Notes under the pieces: model-generated | The model's database searches: none | The model's input: the letters and a program-made list of their open reading frames with translations, nothing else | What the model was told of the DNA's origin: nothing | Made by a program: the position numbers and the translations under genes | Assembly: GCA_030650095.1 (NCBI GenBank) | Contig: JAUSEE010000033.1 | Location: forward strand, 26,757-90,756 | Reading direction: 5' to 3' | DNA length: 64,000 nt | DNA from: Candidatus Buchananbacteria bacterium | Lineage (GTDB): Bacteria; Patescibacteriota; Patescibacteriia; 2-01-FULL-39-33 | In this document: positions 27,598 through 37,788 of the stretch, piece after piece | How the letters are laid out: every line of letters begins with the position of its first letter | Numbering within the stretch: the stretch's first letter is position 1

Positions 27598-29169
27598 ATG
27601 ACTAAAAAAGCAGGTTCTAAAACAAAAAAGCTACCTAAAAAAGTAGTTTTGCTTATTTTAGACGGTTGGGGTTTGGGAGAGGAAAATGAGGGCAACGCCA
27701 TTTACTTGGCTAAAACGCCGTTCATGGATTCCCTTTATAAAAAATACCCCTGGACGAAAATCAATGCTTCCGGTAAATATGTCGGCTTGCCGGCTAATCA
27801 GGTAGGTAATTCCGAAGCCGGCCATATTAATATTGGCGCCGGCCGCATTGTTGATCAGGATGTGGTAAAAATTTCCAAGCAAATTAACACCGGTGAATTT
27901 TTCAAGAATCCGGCTTTTGTCGCGGCTATTAATCATATCAAAAAAGAAAAATCGGCTCTGCATATCATAGGCATGATTTCCAATAATCAAAGCCCTCACA
28001 GTGATCCCAATCATTTGCTGGCTTTGCTTTCTTTGGCGCGCCAACATAAAGTTAAAAATATTTATTTGCATCTTTTTACTGATGGCCGCGATTCTCCGCC
28101 TCGTTCCTCGCTTAGATTAATTGAAGCTTTGGAAAGACAGTTAAAGCCCAATGAAATAATTGCCACAGTTATCGGCCGTTTTTATGCCATGGATAGGAAA
28201 AAGAATTGGTCGAGCACTTGGTGGGCTTATGAGGCGATGACCAGCGGTCAAGGGCATAAAGCCAAGAGTCCGCAAGAAGGCATTACCAGAGCTTATAATG
28301 CCGGAATCACCGATGAATTCATAGAACCGATAGTACTTTATAAAAATGGCAAAATAATTAAAAGAATTTCTAACAATGACGCTATTATATTTTTTAATTT
28401 AAGATCTGATCGGGCCAGACAAATGGCTAAACCCTTTGTTCAATCTGACTTTGAAAAAAATAATCTCTCGGCTCTAAAACGTAAAAAGGTTTTAAAGAAT
28501 ATTGTTTTTGTAGCCATGACTGATTTTGGGCCGGACCTGGATAGTATTTTAACCGCCTACCCATCTGAAGATATCAAGGATTCATTGCCGGTACTATTAA
28601 AACACAAAACCCAAATTTATATAGCGGAAAAGGAAAAATATGCTCATGTGACTTATTTTGTCAATGGCGGTTATGCTGATCCGGTCAATGGCGAAAAAAG
28701 GCTGGTGTTGCCTTCGCCATCGGTGCCTTCTTACGAAAAGACTCCAGCCATGTCTACGCCCAAAGTCGCCCAAGCGGTTATAAAAAATATAAAAAAATAT
28801 GATTTTATCTGCGCCAATATCTCCTCGCCCGATATGATCGGCCATACCGGCAATTTAAAGGCTGGCATTAAGGCGGCGGAAATAGTTGATAAATATATTA
28901 AAAAAATTTATCAAGTGGCTATGAAAGAAAAAACCATCTTGATTATTACGGCTGATCATGGTAATTTAGAGTACATGCTTGATGTAAAAACCAGGGAAGT
29001 CGTTACCGAACACACTAGTAATCCGGTGCCTTTTATTTTGATTGATAACGGCGCTTTAAGGCATAAAAAATTAAAGGCCGGCGGTTGCCTTAGTGATATT
29101 GCTCCGACAATTCTTAAAATTTTTGATATTAAAAAAAGCAAGTTAATGAAAGGGGATAGTTTAATTTAG
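27598..29169 (+). CDS. gpmI: 2,3-bisphosphoglycerate-independent phosphoglycerate mutase, paralog 1
   Basis: ORF track 27541..29169; likely start M at 27598. LILDGWG, catalytic-Ser loop GNSEAGHINIGAG, ITADHGN. Confidence 0.85.
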   Translation: MTKKAGSKTKKLPKKVVLLILDGWGLGEENEGNAIYLAKTPFMDSLYKKYPWTKINASGKYVGLPANQVGNSEAGHINIGAGRIVDQDVVKISKQINTGEFFKNPAFVAAINHIKKEKSALHIIGMISNNQSPHSDPNHLLALLSLARQHKVKNIYLHLFTDGRDSPPRSSLRLIEALERQLKPNEIIATVIGRFYAMDRKKNWSSTWWAYEAMTSGQGHKAKSPQEGITRAYNAGITDEFIEPIVLYKNGKIIKRISNNDAIIFFNLRSDRARQMAKPFVQSDFEKNNLSALKRKKVLKNIVFVAMTDFGPDLDSILTAYPSEDIKDSLPVLLKHKTQIYIAEKEKYAHVTYFVNGGYADPVNGEKRLVLPSPSVPSYEKTPAMSTPKVAQAVIKNIKKYDFICANISSPDMIGHTGNLKAGIKAAEIVDKYIKKIYQVAMKEKTILIITADHGNLEYMLDVKTREVVTEHTSNPVPFILIDNGALRHKKLKAGGCLSDIAPTILKIFDIKKSKLMKGDSLI

Positions 29170-29173
29170 AAAT

Positions 29174-30757
29174 ATGACCACCGAAAGACAAAAACCCATT
29201 GTGCTTATAATTTTAGACGGTTGGGGCGTTGCTCCGCCATCTAAAAGCAATGCTATCAGCTTGGCTAAAACTCCAACCTACAATAGTTTGGTAAAAAATT
29301 ATCCGGCCATGACTTTGCAGGCTTCCGGCGAATCAGTCGGCTTGTCTTGGGGCGAAATAGGCAATAGCGAGGTCGGCCATCTTAATATCGGATCAGGAAA
29401 ATTAGTTTATCAGAATCTGCCGAAAATAGACAAGGAAATAACTTCCGGTTCTTTTTTTTCCAACCCTACTTTGCTTAAAGCCATGGCTCAAGCCAAAAAA
29501 AATAAAAAAGCTGTTCATTTGATGGGCTTGTTTACCAGCGGTGGAGTTCATGCCTCCATAAATCATTTTTATGCTTTAGTTGAAATGTGCAAAAAAGAAA
29601 AGATTAAGGATGTTTTCGTCCATGCTTTTTTAGACGGCCGTGATATGCCTTATAATTCCGGCATTGATTTAATAGCTAAGGCCCAAGAGAAATTAAAAGA
29701 AAATAAAATCGGCCAAATAGCTTCTATCTCCGGTCGGTATTATGCCATGGATCGAGATAACCATTGGGAAAGGATAGAATTGGCCTACAAAGCTATCGTT
29801 AAGGGTGAATCTATTGATAAATTTGATGATCCGATTAAAGCGGTGCAAGCTTCTTATGATAAGAAAGTTTACGATGAAGAGTTTGTTCCGGTTGTCATAA
29901 CCGAAAAGGGCCAGCCCATAACTACCGTTGGAGCGGGCGATAGTGTCATCTTTTTTAATTTTCGTTCTGATCGAGCCAGGCAATTGACTAAAACTTTTGT
30001 TTTGCCCGGCTTTGAAAAATTTAAAAGGGATTATTTGAATAATTTATATTTTGTGACCATGACCGAATATGAAAAAGATTTGCCGGTAGAAATAGCTTTC
30101 CCGCCCGATCTGGTGACAGAACCGTTATCTAAAGTGATTTCCGATGCCAAGTTGAAACAGCTTCATATTGCCGAAACAGAAAAATACGCCCATGTAACTT
30201 TCTTTTTCAATGGCGGCCGGGAAGAATCGTATCCCGGGGAAGATCGGGTGCTGATTCCTTCGCCGCGCGTGGCTTCTTATGATCAGAAGCCGGTTATGTC
30301 AGCTAAAGAAATCACCAAAAAACTAACCGAGGTCATTATGAAAAGTGAGTATGATTTTATCGTGGTTAATTTTGCCAACGCCGATATGGTTGCTCACACC
30401 GGAGATCTCAAGTCTTCAATCAAGGCCTGTGAGATAGTTGATGATTGTTTGAAACAATTGACTGAAGTTATTTTAGGCAAAGGCGGCATTGCGTTAATAA
30501 CGGCCGATCATGGCAACGCTGAAGAACTTATGAACATGCAATCCGGCAAAATTGATAAGGAGCATAGCACTTATCCTGTGCCTTTTATCATTGTCGGCCA
30601 GAAGTGGGAAGGGAAAACCGCCGGCTTGCCGGATGGTCCTAATTCGGATTTGAGCTTAGTCCAGCCGTCCGGCCTGCTTTCTGATGTGGCCCCCACCATA
30701 CTCAAGCTTATGAATCTGGAAAAGCCCAGTGATATGACAGGAAAAAGCTTGATTTAA
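29174..30757 (+). CDS. gpmI: 2,3-bisphosphoglycerate-independent phosphoglycerate mutase, paralog 2
   Basis: 527 aa; LIILDGWG, GNSEVGHLNIGSG, ITADHGN; 4 nt after paralog 1. Confidence 0.85.
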   Translation: MTTERQKPIVLIILDGWGVAPPSKSNAISLAKTPTYNSLVKNYPAMTLQASGESVGLSWGEIGNSEVGHLNIGSGKLVYQNLPKIDKEITSGSFFSNPTLLKAMAQAKKNKKAVHLMGLFTSGGVHASINHFYALVEMCKKEKIKDVFVHAFLDGRDMPYNSGIDLIAKAQEKLKENKIGQIASISGRYYAMDRDNHWERIELAYKAIVKGESIDKFDDPIKAVQASYDKKVYDEEFVPVVITEKGQPITTVGAGDSVIFFNFRSDRARQLTKTFVLPGFEKFKRDYLNNLYFVTMTEYEKDLPVEIAFPPDLVTEPLSKVISDAKLKQLHIAETEKYAHVTFFFNGGREESYPGEDRVLIPSPRVASYDQKPVMSAKEITKKLTEVIMKSEYDFIVVNFANADMVAHTGDLKSSIKACEIVDDCLKQLTEVILGKGGIALITADHGNAEELMNMQSGKIDKEHSTYPVPFIIVGQKWEGKTAGLPDGPNSDLSLVQPSGLLSDVAPTILKLMNLEKPSDMTGKSLI

Positions 30758-30811
30758 GGCTAATTTATTCTCGAGCAAAATAAGCAGGCCCAGCCTGTTT
30801 TTCTTGATTTT

Positions 30812-32341
30812 TTGCCGAAAAAATGTTATTTTAAACTTGATAATATGAAAAAATCCACTGTCAAAAAAATAACAGAAATATTTCCGGCCGCTCTGGTTTG
30901 GCTGACTCTTTTAGCGGTTGTGATTTTATCTTTTGCCCGCCCGCTTTGGGCCATTTATTTCATTTTAGTTTTTGTGGTTTATTGGATAGTGCGTCTTTTT
31001 TATATGCTGGTCTGGCTTTTGATTTCTTGGTTTAAATATTATCGCGATATAAAAATAGATTGGTTGGAAAAAATAAAAAAGTTGGATAAAAATTATCTGG
31101 AATATTACCATATTATAGAATACCCGGCTTGCGGCGAGCCTTATGAGGTGGTGGAAAGATCGCTTGATGAACTTTTAAAAACACATTATCCCAAAGATAG
31201 AATGATTGTTGTCTTGGGCGGAGAGGAAAGAAAAGGGGAGCAGTTTCAAGAAGTTGCCAAAAAAATAACAGAAAAATTCGGCCACCAATTTTTTAAACTC
31301 CTGGTCACTGTCCATAAATTGCAGCCGGATGAGTTGCAAGGCAAGGGAGCTAATGTCCATCACATGGAATTGGAAATTAAAAAATTAGTCGATGAACTTG
31401 CCTTGCCTTATGAAAAACTAATTGTTTCTTCTTTTGATATAGAAACTTTGCCTCACAAACAGTATTTTTCCTATCTAGCTTACAAATATCTAACCCATCC
31501 CAATCCCACTCATGCCAGCTATCAGCCGCTTATTTTGTATAACAATAATATTTGGCAATCAAGTCCGATCATCAGGGTAGTGGCCTCGGCTACAACCTTT
31601 TGGCTTTTAACCGATTTGTCACGTCCTGAAAAATTATTAACCTTTTCTTCGCACAGCATGAGTTTTAAAATGTTGGTGGATGTAGGCTTTCATGATAACA
31701 CCATAGTAACCGAGGACTCACGCATTTGCCTGCAAGGCCTGCTCAAATACGACGGCAAGTATGAAGTTGTGCCCATGTTCATCACTTTGTCCATGGACAC
31801 AGTGTACATCGGAAAATTTTGGCAGAGCATTAAAAATCAATATAAGCAAATGAGACGCTGGGCTTGGGGAGTGGAACATTTTCCCTGGATGTGGGAAAAT
31901 TTTTTCGGTCAAAATGCCAACAAGAATATTTCTTTTAAAAAAAGGCTTCAGTATCTTTGGAATCAGACCGAGGGCATGTATTCTTGGGCTGTGGCTCCGC
32001 TTCTAATCCTGATAGTTGGCCGTTTGCCCCTGTATTTAGCCTCTGATGCCGATAAGGCTACTGCTTTTTTTCAAAATGCCCCTCGCATGCTGGAAAATTT
32101 GATGTTTGTCGGTATGGTGGGATTGATTTTAAATTCCATCATGTATACATTGATGCTTCCGACTAAACCTAAGAATTACTCCTGGTGTAACTATTTAATC
32201 ATGGTAGCTCAATGGGTTGTTTTTCCTGTCACCATGATAATTTTCGGATCCGTACCGGCTATTGATGCTCAAACCAGATTGATGCTGGGTGGCAAATATA
32301 AATTGGGTTTTTGGGTAACCGAAAAGAAAATTGAAAAATAA
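30812..32341 (+). CDS. Membrane-embedded family-2 glycosyltransferase (processive synthase-like, QxxRW)
   Basis: 509 aa (alt start 30845); N- and C-terminal TM bundles flank a cytoplasmic domain with YKQMRRWAWG (Q-x-x-R-W). Confidence 0.5.
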   Translation: MPKKCYFKLDNMKKSTVKKITEIFPAALVWLTLLAVVILSFARPLWAIYFILVFVVYWIVRLFYMLVWLLISWFKYYRDIKIDWLEKIKKLDKNYLEYYHIIEYPACGEPYEVVERSLDELLKTHYPKDRMIVVLGGEERKGEQFQEVAKKITEKFGHQFFKLLVTVHKLQPDELQGKGANVHHMELEIKKLVDELALPYEKLIVSSFDIETLPHKQYFSYLAYKYLTHPNPTHASYQPLILYNNNIWQSSPIIRVVASATTFWLLTDLSRPEKLLTFSSHSMSFKMLVDVGFHDNTIVTEDSRICLQGLLKYDGKYEVVPMFITLSMDTVYIGKFWQSIKNQYKQMRRWAWGVEHFPWMWENFFGQNANKNISFKKRLQYLWNQTEGMYSWAVAPLLILIVGRLPLYLASDADKATAFFQNAPRMLENLMFVGMVGLILNSIMYTLMLPTKPKNYSWCNYLIMVAQWVVFPVTMIIFGSVPAIDAQTRLMLGGKYKLGFWVTEKKIEK

Positions 32342-32354
32342 TTTTTTATTATAA

Positions 32355-33395
32355 ATGAGTTTGCCAAAAGTCACAATTCAAATAGTCACTTGGAACAGCC
32401 TGAAATATTTGCCCTTTGTTTTGGAGTCTATTTTTAATCAGACTTATAGAGATTTTCAAGTTTTGGTCATAGATAATAATTCCCAGGATGAAACAGTTGA
32501 TTTTATCAGAAAAAATTATCCCGAGGTGACGGTTTTTAAAAATAAGAAGAATCTGGGTTTTGCCAAAGCCAACAACCAAGGCATAAGACTGCTCCATTCG
32601 CCTTGTATTATTCTTTGCAATCAGGATATAGTGTTAGAAAATAATTGGTTGGAGATTATTATGTCAAAAGTAGAATCTGATGACTATGAAGATGTTGGCA
32701 GCTTTGGCGGCAAATTGCTTAAATTAAAGCCCAGCAATGGTGAAATTGATCAGACCAGTAAAACCAATACCATCGATTCTTGCGGCTTAAAAATTAATAG
32801 GCACAGAAGAATTACAGAAATCGGAGCCGGTGAAGATTCTGGCAAATTCAATGAAGACCGGGAAGTCTTTGGCTGTTCCGGGGCATTGGTTTTATACCGC
32901 AGGGATCTATTGGAAGATTGTTTGATTAAAACCAAAAACAATCCCCAGGGAGAATATTTTGATGAAGATTTCATTTCTTATAAAGAAGATGTTGATTTAG
33001 CTTGGCGGGCCAGGATCTTGGGCTGGAAATCGATGTTTATAAGTTCTGCCATCGCTTACCATGTGCGTTCCGTTTCCGGTTCAGAAAATAATGTTTTAGT
33101 TGAAATTATAAAAAACAGAAAAAAACAATCTTCTTTGGCTAAATATTATTCTTATCGCAATCACTTTCTTTTGCTGATTAAAAATGAGTTTACCCGTAAT
33201 TTTTTCCATGATTTTTGGCAGATAAAATGGTTTGAAGTCAAAAAAGCCGCTTATATTTTTATTTTTGAAGTTAAAAACATAAAAGCCTGGCTGGCAGTAT
33301 TGGTTCTTCTGCCGAAGATGCTGGCTAAAAGAAAAGAGATTTTTAAAAAAGCCAAGGTGGATTACGGGCAGATGTCTAATTGGCTAAAAAAATAA
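32355..33395 (+). CDS. Glycosyltransferase family 2
   Basis: 346 aa; VTIQIVTWNSLKYL...VLVIDNNSQDETV (GT2 DxD region). Confidence 0.75.
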   Translation: MSLPKVTIQIVTWNSLKYLPFVLESIFNQTYRDFQVLVIDNNSQDETVDFIRKNYPEVTVFKNKKNLGFAKANNQGIRLLHSPCIILCNQDIVLENNWLEIIMSKVESDDYEDVGSFGGKLLKLKPSNGEIDQTSKTNTIDSCGLKINRHRRITEIGAGEDSGKFNEDREVFGCSGALVLYRRDLLEDCLIKTKNNPQGEYFDEDFISYKEDVDLAWRARILGWKSMFISSAIAYHVRSVSGSENNVLVEIIKNRKKQSSLAKYYSYRNHFLLLIKNEFTRNFFHDFWQIKWFEVKKAAYIFIFEVKNIKAWLAVLVLLPKMLAKRKEIFKKAKVDYGQMSNWLKK

Positions 33396-33396
33396 A

Positions 33397-34212
33397 ATGG
33401 AAATATCAATAATAATAAATAATTATAAAACCAAAGGTCTGCTTAAGCAATGCTTAAGGGGCATTTACGCTTATCCACCCAGTGTTGATTATGAAATCAT
33501 AGTGGTTGATAATAATTCTAAGGATGGATCAGTGGAAATAGTCAAAGAGCAATTTAAGCAGGTAAAACTAATTGAAGCCCGGGAAAATCTCGGCCATCAT
33601 AAGGGCAATAATTTGGGCATTAAAAATTCCAGCGGCAGATATATTCTAATTCTTAACACCGATATAGCTCTTTTGGATAATTCCGTTGATAAGATGTACC
33701 AGTTTATGGAATCTCATCAGGCAGCGGCCTTAGTCGGACCCAAGTTAAAAAATCCCGACGGTTCCACGCAGTTGTCTTGCATGAGGTTTCCCAGCAAGCT
33801 GGTGCCAATTTATCGCAGGACGTTTTTAGGCAATTTTGCCTTTGCTAAAAAAGAAATTGATTATTATCTGATGAAAGATTTTGATCATCTGTCAACCCGC
33901 GAAGTCGATTGGATTCTGGGCGCTTGTGTTTTGGTGAGAAAGGCAGCGATTGATAAAGTCGGCTTGATGGATGAGGATTTATTTCTGTATTTTGGGGATA
34001 TCGCTTGGTGCAATAAATTCTGGGAATTTAATTATAAGGTTTATTATTTTGTCGATGCTGATATCGTCCATTATCATAAGCGCGAATCGGCTCAAAGCGG
34101 TATTTTCTCTTTCGTTTTCTGGATCCATATAATCGACTGGATAAGATATTTAAAAAAATATTCTTCTAAACCCAATGCTAAAAAATTACAATCCATTTCA
34201 CCCAGAACCTAA
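33397..34212 (+). CDS. Glycosyltransferase family 2
   Basis: 271 aa; ISIIINNYKT...EIIVVDNNSKDGS, ILNTDIAL. Confidence 0.7.
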   Translation: MEISIIINNYKTKGLLKQCLRGIYAYPPSVDYEIIVVDNNSKDGSVEIVKEQFKQVKLIEARENLGHHKGNNLGIKNSSGRYILILNTDIALLDNSVDKMYQFMESHQAAALVGPKLKNPDGSTQLSCMRFPSKLVPIYRRTFLGNFAFAKKEIDYYLMKDFDHLSTREVDWILGACVLVRKAAIDKVGLMDEDLFLYFGDIAWCNKFWEFNYKVYYFVDADIVHYHKRESAQSGIFSFVFWIHIIDWIRYLKKYSSKPNAKKLQSISPRT

Positions 34213-36115
34213 GCCTAAAAAAACTTTAGGATTCAAAGCCTTTGTTTCAATAGCGGTTGTTTTTTTGGCGTTTCTAATTATTCTATTTACGCCCTTTATT
34301 TTTCATGGCCTTAAAGCTTCTTCTTATGCCGTTGCTTCTTTAGGCGAGGCGCGCGGTTTGCTTGACAGTATTCAAGCAAACAGATGGTCGGAGGCCGCTT
34401 TAAAATCAAATTCTATTAGTATTAATCTGGAGAAATTAAATTATGAAATAAGCCGTCTTGGACCGCTGAGTCGCTTGCCCAAATTAAAAAATGATTTTAT
34501 TGCCGCTCGTCAATTCATAGGCGTAGCCCAGTCTTTAATGTCCGGCTATTCTCAAACGCTTAGTATTTTTGAAGAAGTGGAGAAATCAGGAGTTTTAATT
34601 GATCCCGCCACTTTGCTGGAAAACAAAGAAGCTTTAGGCTTGATTGGCGAGAATAAAGACAAGCTGGCTCTGGCCCAGAAAAATCTTGATCAAGCCAATG
34701 CCAGATTCAGAGAAATTAATACCAGTGAATTTTCTGGCTTCTTCTCCAAATATTTGATTAAGGCCCATGATCAACTCGGCCAGATTTTGGATAGCACCAA
34801 TATCGCCATTCCGGCTATCGGGCTTCTGACTGATTTTCTGGGCTATGAGAATGAGAAGCATTATTTACTGGTCTTTGAAAATAACATGGAGCTAAGGCCG
34901 ACAGGCGGATTTATAGGTTCTTATGGCATCATTACCGTCAAAGATGGAAAAATAAAAGATATTTTTACCGATGATGTTTATAATCTGGATAAATTGTCTG
35001 AAGGCAAAATGACAGAGCCGGCTCCCCGTCCCATGGCTCTTTATAATAATCAGAAATATTGGTATATGCGTGATGCCAATTGGTTTCCTTCTTGGCCTGA
35101 TTCGGCTCAAAAAATAGTTGAGTTTTTCCATAAGGAAAGAGCCAATGCTAACTTGCCGGATCAAAAAATAGACGGAGTGATTGCTATTACGCCTGATTTC
35201 ATAGCCAACCTTTTAGAAGTTCTGGGCCCGATTGAAATCCATGGCATCAAATTTTCTTCTAATAATTTTGCCATGGATTTGGAGAAATTCGTGGAAGGCG
35301 GCTTTGAAGAAAAAAATATTCCCTATGAAGAACGCAAAGCAATCATCGGCTTTTTGTCGCAGACTATAATCGAGAGGGCAGAAAAAGTAAAATCAACTGA
35401 TTTTACCAAACTCTGGCTGGCCTTTAAAAAGAACATAGATCAAAAAAACATTTTGGTTTATATTTTTGATGACAAATTGCAAAAGTATTTTTCGGATAGG
35501 AATTGGGCCGGTGAAATCAGGCAGACCGAGGGTGATTATTTGATGGTTATCGACAGCAATCTGGCCTCACTAAAAACAGATTCGGTTATGGCCAGATCCA
35601 TTAAAAGAAGTTTATCATTAAATCAATCAGGCGATTTAATAGCGCGACTGGAAATAACTTATAAACACAATGGGCAATTTGTGCGTAATTTAATTACCAG
35701 ATATCGCACTTATGCAAAAGTTTATGTGCCCGAAGGTTCTTGGTTTGAAAGCGGATCAATCAAATCTGGCAATGAAGAAACTAAAATAAACATGTCTAAA
35801 GATTTGGAATACGGCGCAGAATACAATAAATCATACGCTGCTTATTTTTTAATAATCGAACCCGGGATGTCTAAAACGGTCATTTTAAATTACAAATTGC
35901 CGTCTGCCCTTAAAAAACAGTCTGAAGCTGGCATTTACAGCTTATTAGTTCAAAAGCAACCTGGCACCATTGGACATAAATTAGTAATTGATTTAAACTT
36001 GAGTAGAGAAATTTCCGCTTATCAATCAGCCTCCTGGCCCGATTATTACAATAAAAAATCAATCGGTTGGCAAAGCGATTTGTCTGTTGATAGGGGATAT
36101 AAATTAAAATTTTAA
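34175..36115 (+). CDS. Membrane-anchored large extracytoplasmic protein (hypothetical; envelope polysaccharide cluster member)
   Basis: 646 aa; single N-terminal TM; overlaps upstream GT2 by 38 nt. Confidence 0.45.
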   Translation: MLKNYNPFHPEPKPKKTLGFKAFVSIAVVFLAFLIILFTPFIFHGLKASSYAVASLGEARGLLDSIQANRWSEAALKSNSISINLEKLNYEISRLGPLSRLPKLKNDFIAARQFIGVAQSLMSGYSQTLSIFEEVEKSGVLIDPATLLENKEALGLIGENKDKLALAQKNLDQANARFREINTSEFSGFFSKYLIKAHDQLGQILDSTNIAIPAIGLLTDFLGYENEKHYLLVFENNMELRPTGGFIGSYGIITVKDGKIKDIFTDDVYNLDKLSEGKMTEPAPRPMALYNNQKYWYMRDANWFPSWPDSAQKIVEFFHKERANANLPDQKIDGVIAITPDFIANLLEVLGPIEIHGIKFSSNNFAMDLEKFVEGGFEEKNIPYEERKAIIGFLSQTIIERAEKVKSTDFTKLWLAFKKNIDQKNILVYIFDDKLQKYFSDRNWAGEIRQTEGDYLMVIDSNLASLKTDSVMARSIKRSLSLNQSGDLIARLEITYKHNGQFVRNLITRYRTYAKVYVPEGSWFESGSIKSGNEETKINMSKDLEYGAEYNKSYAAYFLIIEPGMSKTVILNYKLPSALKKQSEAGIYSLLVQKQPGTIGHKLVIDLNLSREISAYQSASWPDYYNKKSIGWQSDLSVDRGYKLKF

Positions 36116-36124
36116 TGATTTTAA

Positions 36125-37132
36125 ATGTTTTTAAGAAGAATAGGAATTGATTTGGGGACGACTAATATTTTAGTTCATGTGCCGAAAAGGGGGGTAGTTA
36201 TCAATGAGCCATCGGTAGTGGCCATTTCTAATATTGATAAAAAAATTATTGCTGTCGGCGCCGAAGCCAAAGAAATGCTGGGCCGAACGCCTGATACTAT
36301 TATTGCCCGGCGCCCGCTAAAAGATGGCGTGATTGCCGATTATAAAACCACCGAAGCTATGTTGAGATATTTTATCAATAAAGCTTTGGGCGGGGTGAGG
36401 ATTTTTAGGCCAGAGGTGATGGTGGCTGTTCCCGCTGGCATCACATCCACCGAAAGGCGCGCCGTTATTGATGCTACTATTGCCGCCGGAGCCAAAGCTG
36501 CTTACATTATCAAAGAGCCAATCGTAGCCGCCATTGGCGCCAATATTCCCATTGGCAGCGCTTCCGGACATATGATTATCGATATTGGCGGCGGCACTTC
36601 GGAAATTGCCGTTATTTCCTTGGGTGGCATAGTTTCTTCCACTTCGGTTAGGATAGGTGGCAACAAATTGGATATAGCGATTACTGAACACATTAGAAAA
36701 AAATATGGCCTGGCTATCGGCGAGATGACAGCCGAACGGGTTAAAATCAGTATCGGCTCAGCCTTGTATTTGGATGAAAAGCTTTATATGGATGTCAGAG
36801 GACGGGATATGATTACCGGACTGCCAAAAACCATCAGTGTGTCATCTGATGATGTTACCGATGCTATTCAAGCTGAACTCGAGGGCATCAGCAGTGCGGT
36901 TAAAAATGTTTTGTATAAAACTCCGCCGGAGTTATCGGCTGATGTGATTGATAAGGGGATTGTTATGTCTGGTGGCACCAGCTTGCTTAGAAATATTGAT
37001 AAAATGGTTTCTTTGACAACTGGCGTGTCCGCTTATGTAGCTGATGATGCTCTTTATTGCGTAGCCAAAGGCACAGGCATTGCGCTGGATAATTTAGAGA
37101 GTTATAAGAGATCAATTTTGGCGACAAAATAG
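36125..37132 (+). CDS. mreB: Rod shape-determining protein MreB (actin-like ATPase), paralog A
   Basis: 335 aa; IGIDLGTTN phosphate-1, DIGGGTSE phosphate-2, MSGGTSLLRNIDK adenosine motif. Confidence 0.85.
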   Translation: MFLRRIGIDLGTTNILVHVPKRGVVINEPSVVAISNIDKKIIAVGAEAKEMLGRTPDTIIARRPLKDGVIADYKTTEAMLRYFINKALGGVRIFRPEVMVAVPAGITSTERRAVIDATIAAGAKAAYIIKEPIVAAIGANIPIGSASGHMIIDIGGGTSEIAVISLGGIVSSTSVRIGGNKLDIAITEHIRKKYGLAIGEMTAERVKISIGSALYLDEKLYMDVRGRDMITGLPKTISVSSDDVTDAIQAELEGISSAVKNVLYKTPPELSADVIDKGIVMSGGTSLLRNIDKMVSLTTGVSAYVADDALYCVAKGTGIALDNLESYKRSILATK

Positions 37133-37140
37133 TTTTTGGC

Positions 37141-37168
37141 TTGTTACGTAGCCTGCTACGTAACAAAG
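37141..37168. repeat. Perfect hairpin TTGTTACGTAGC-ct-GCTACGTAACAA
   Basis: 12-bp perfect stem 8 nt after the mreB stop; no clean U-run. Confidence 0.6.
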
Positions 37169-37249
37169 TAGGTAATTGATTTTCTTTGGTATTTTTTTAC
37201 AATAAATTGTTTATAGCAACTTTTTGGTATCAAAAAGTTGCGCAAAAAA

Positions 37250-37386
37250 TACGAGCGATGAAAATTTGGCGCTTCAAGTAAAATTCTAACAAAGTTTTTA
37301 GACTCGTCCGCCTTGGGCGGACTCAAACAGTAAAAACTTTGTAACTCATTTTACTTTCCGCTTAATCCAAATTTTCATATGCTCGA
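37250..37386. repeat. Long imperfect inverted repeat (~50-nt arms) around central hairpin GTCCGCC-ttgg-GCGGAC
   Basis: Arms cgagcgatgaaaatttgg...acaaagttttta / taaaaactttgt...ccaaattttcatatgctcg match at ~75%. Confidence 0.5.
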
Positions 37387-37569
37387 ATCATTAGGTGTTT
37401 ATAAAAATATAATAAAATATGGCGAACATTAAAAAATATTGTGCTAATTTTATATTAAAGTGAGCGTTAAGAAGTCAATATTCTGTTGCTATTTTGATTA
37501 TTGGCTTTAGCGAGCTTATATAAAATTAGCCATGATTTTTTACGTTCGCGAGTTTTGGGGAAACCTTTT

Positions 37570-37655
37570 GCGGTCAAAAGGTTTCAAGAAGATATTTGGC
37601 GGTCCAAAAGTAACAAGAGAAATATTTTAAGGCTAAAAAGTAACAGAGAATATGA
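37570..37655 (+). repeat. Three tandem imperfect ~28-nt direct repeats (gcggtcaaaag-N-agaaatatt)
   Basis: gcggtcaaaaggtttcaagaagatattt / ggcggtccaaaagtaacaagagaaatatttt / aaggctaaaaagtaacagagaatatg. Confidence 0.45.
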
Positions 37656-37742
37656 TTGTGGAGCTTGTTCCGAGCATAGCGAGGAATCTCTCTCGCAATG
37701 ACAGAAAGAATAAATTATAATTATTATTAAAATAATATAGAA

Positions 37743-37788
37743 ATATCTCCGCACACATCTCCGGAGATATGTGCGGAGATATTTCTAT
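37743..37788. promoter_or_regulatory. 46-nt near-perfect palindrome overlapping the promoter/5' region of the GT4 gene (candidate operator)
   Basis: gaaatatctccgcacaCatctccggagatAtgtgcggagatatttc: 16+5 bp arms around CCGG with a single mismatch pair. TATAAAAT follows at 37787-37794, and the ATG is at 37803. Confidence 0.5.

Noticed and set aside
36317-36693. 124-aa and 63-aa antisense ORFs within mreB paralog A
   Set aside because: MreB motifs on the + strand are unambiguous. The antisense translations are Gly/Asn-rich artefacts of the GGxGG codons.
37570-37655. Possible CRISPR array
   Set aside because: Only three imperfect adjacent repeats with no intervening spacers and no cas genes. It is not a CRISPR.
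37501-37701. 66-aa ORF in the noncoding hub
   Set aside because: Its peptide repeats simply mirror the three tandem DNA direct repeats. There is no RBS, and it ends in a repeat half-site.
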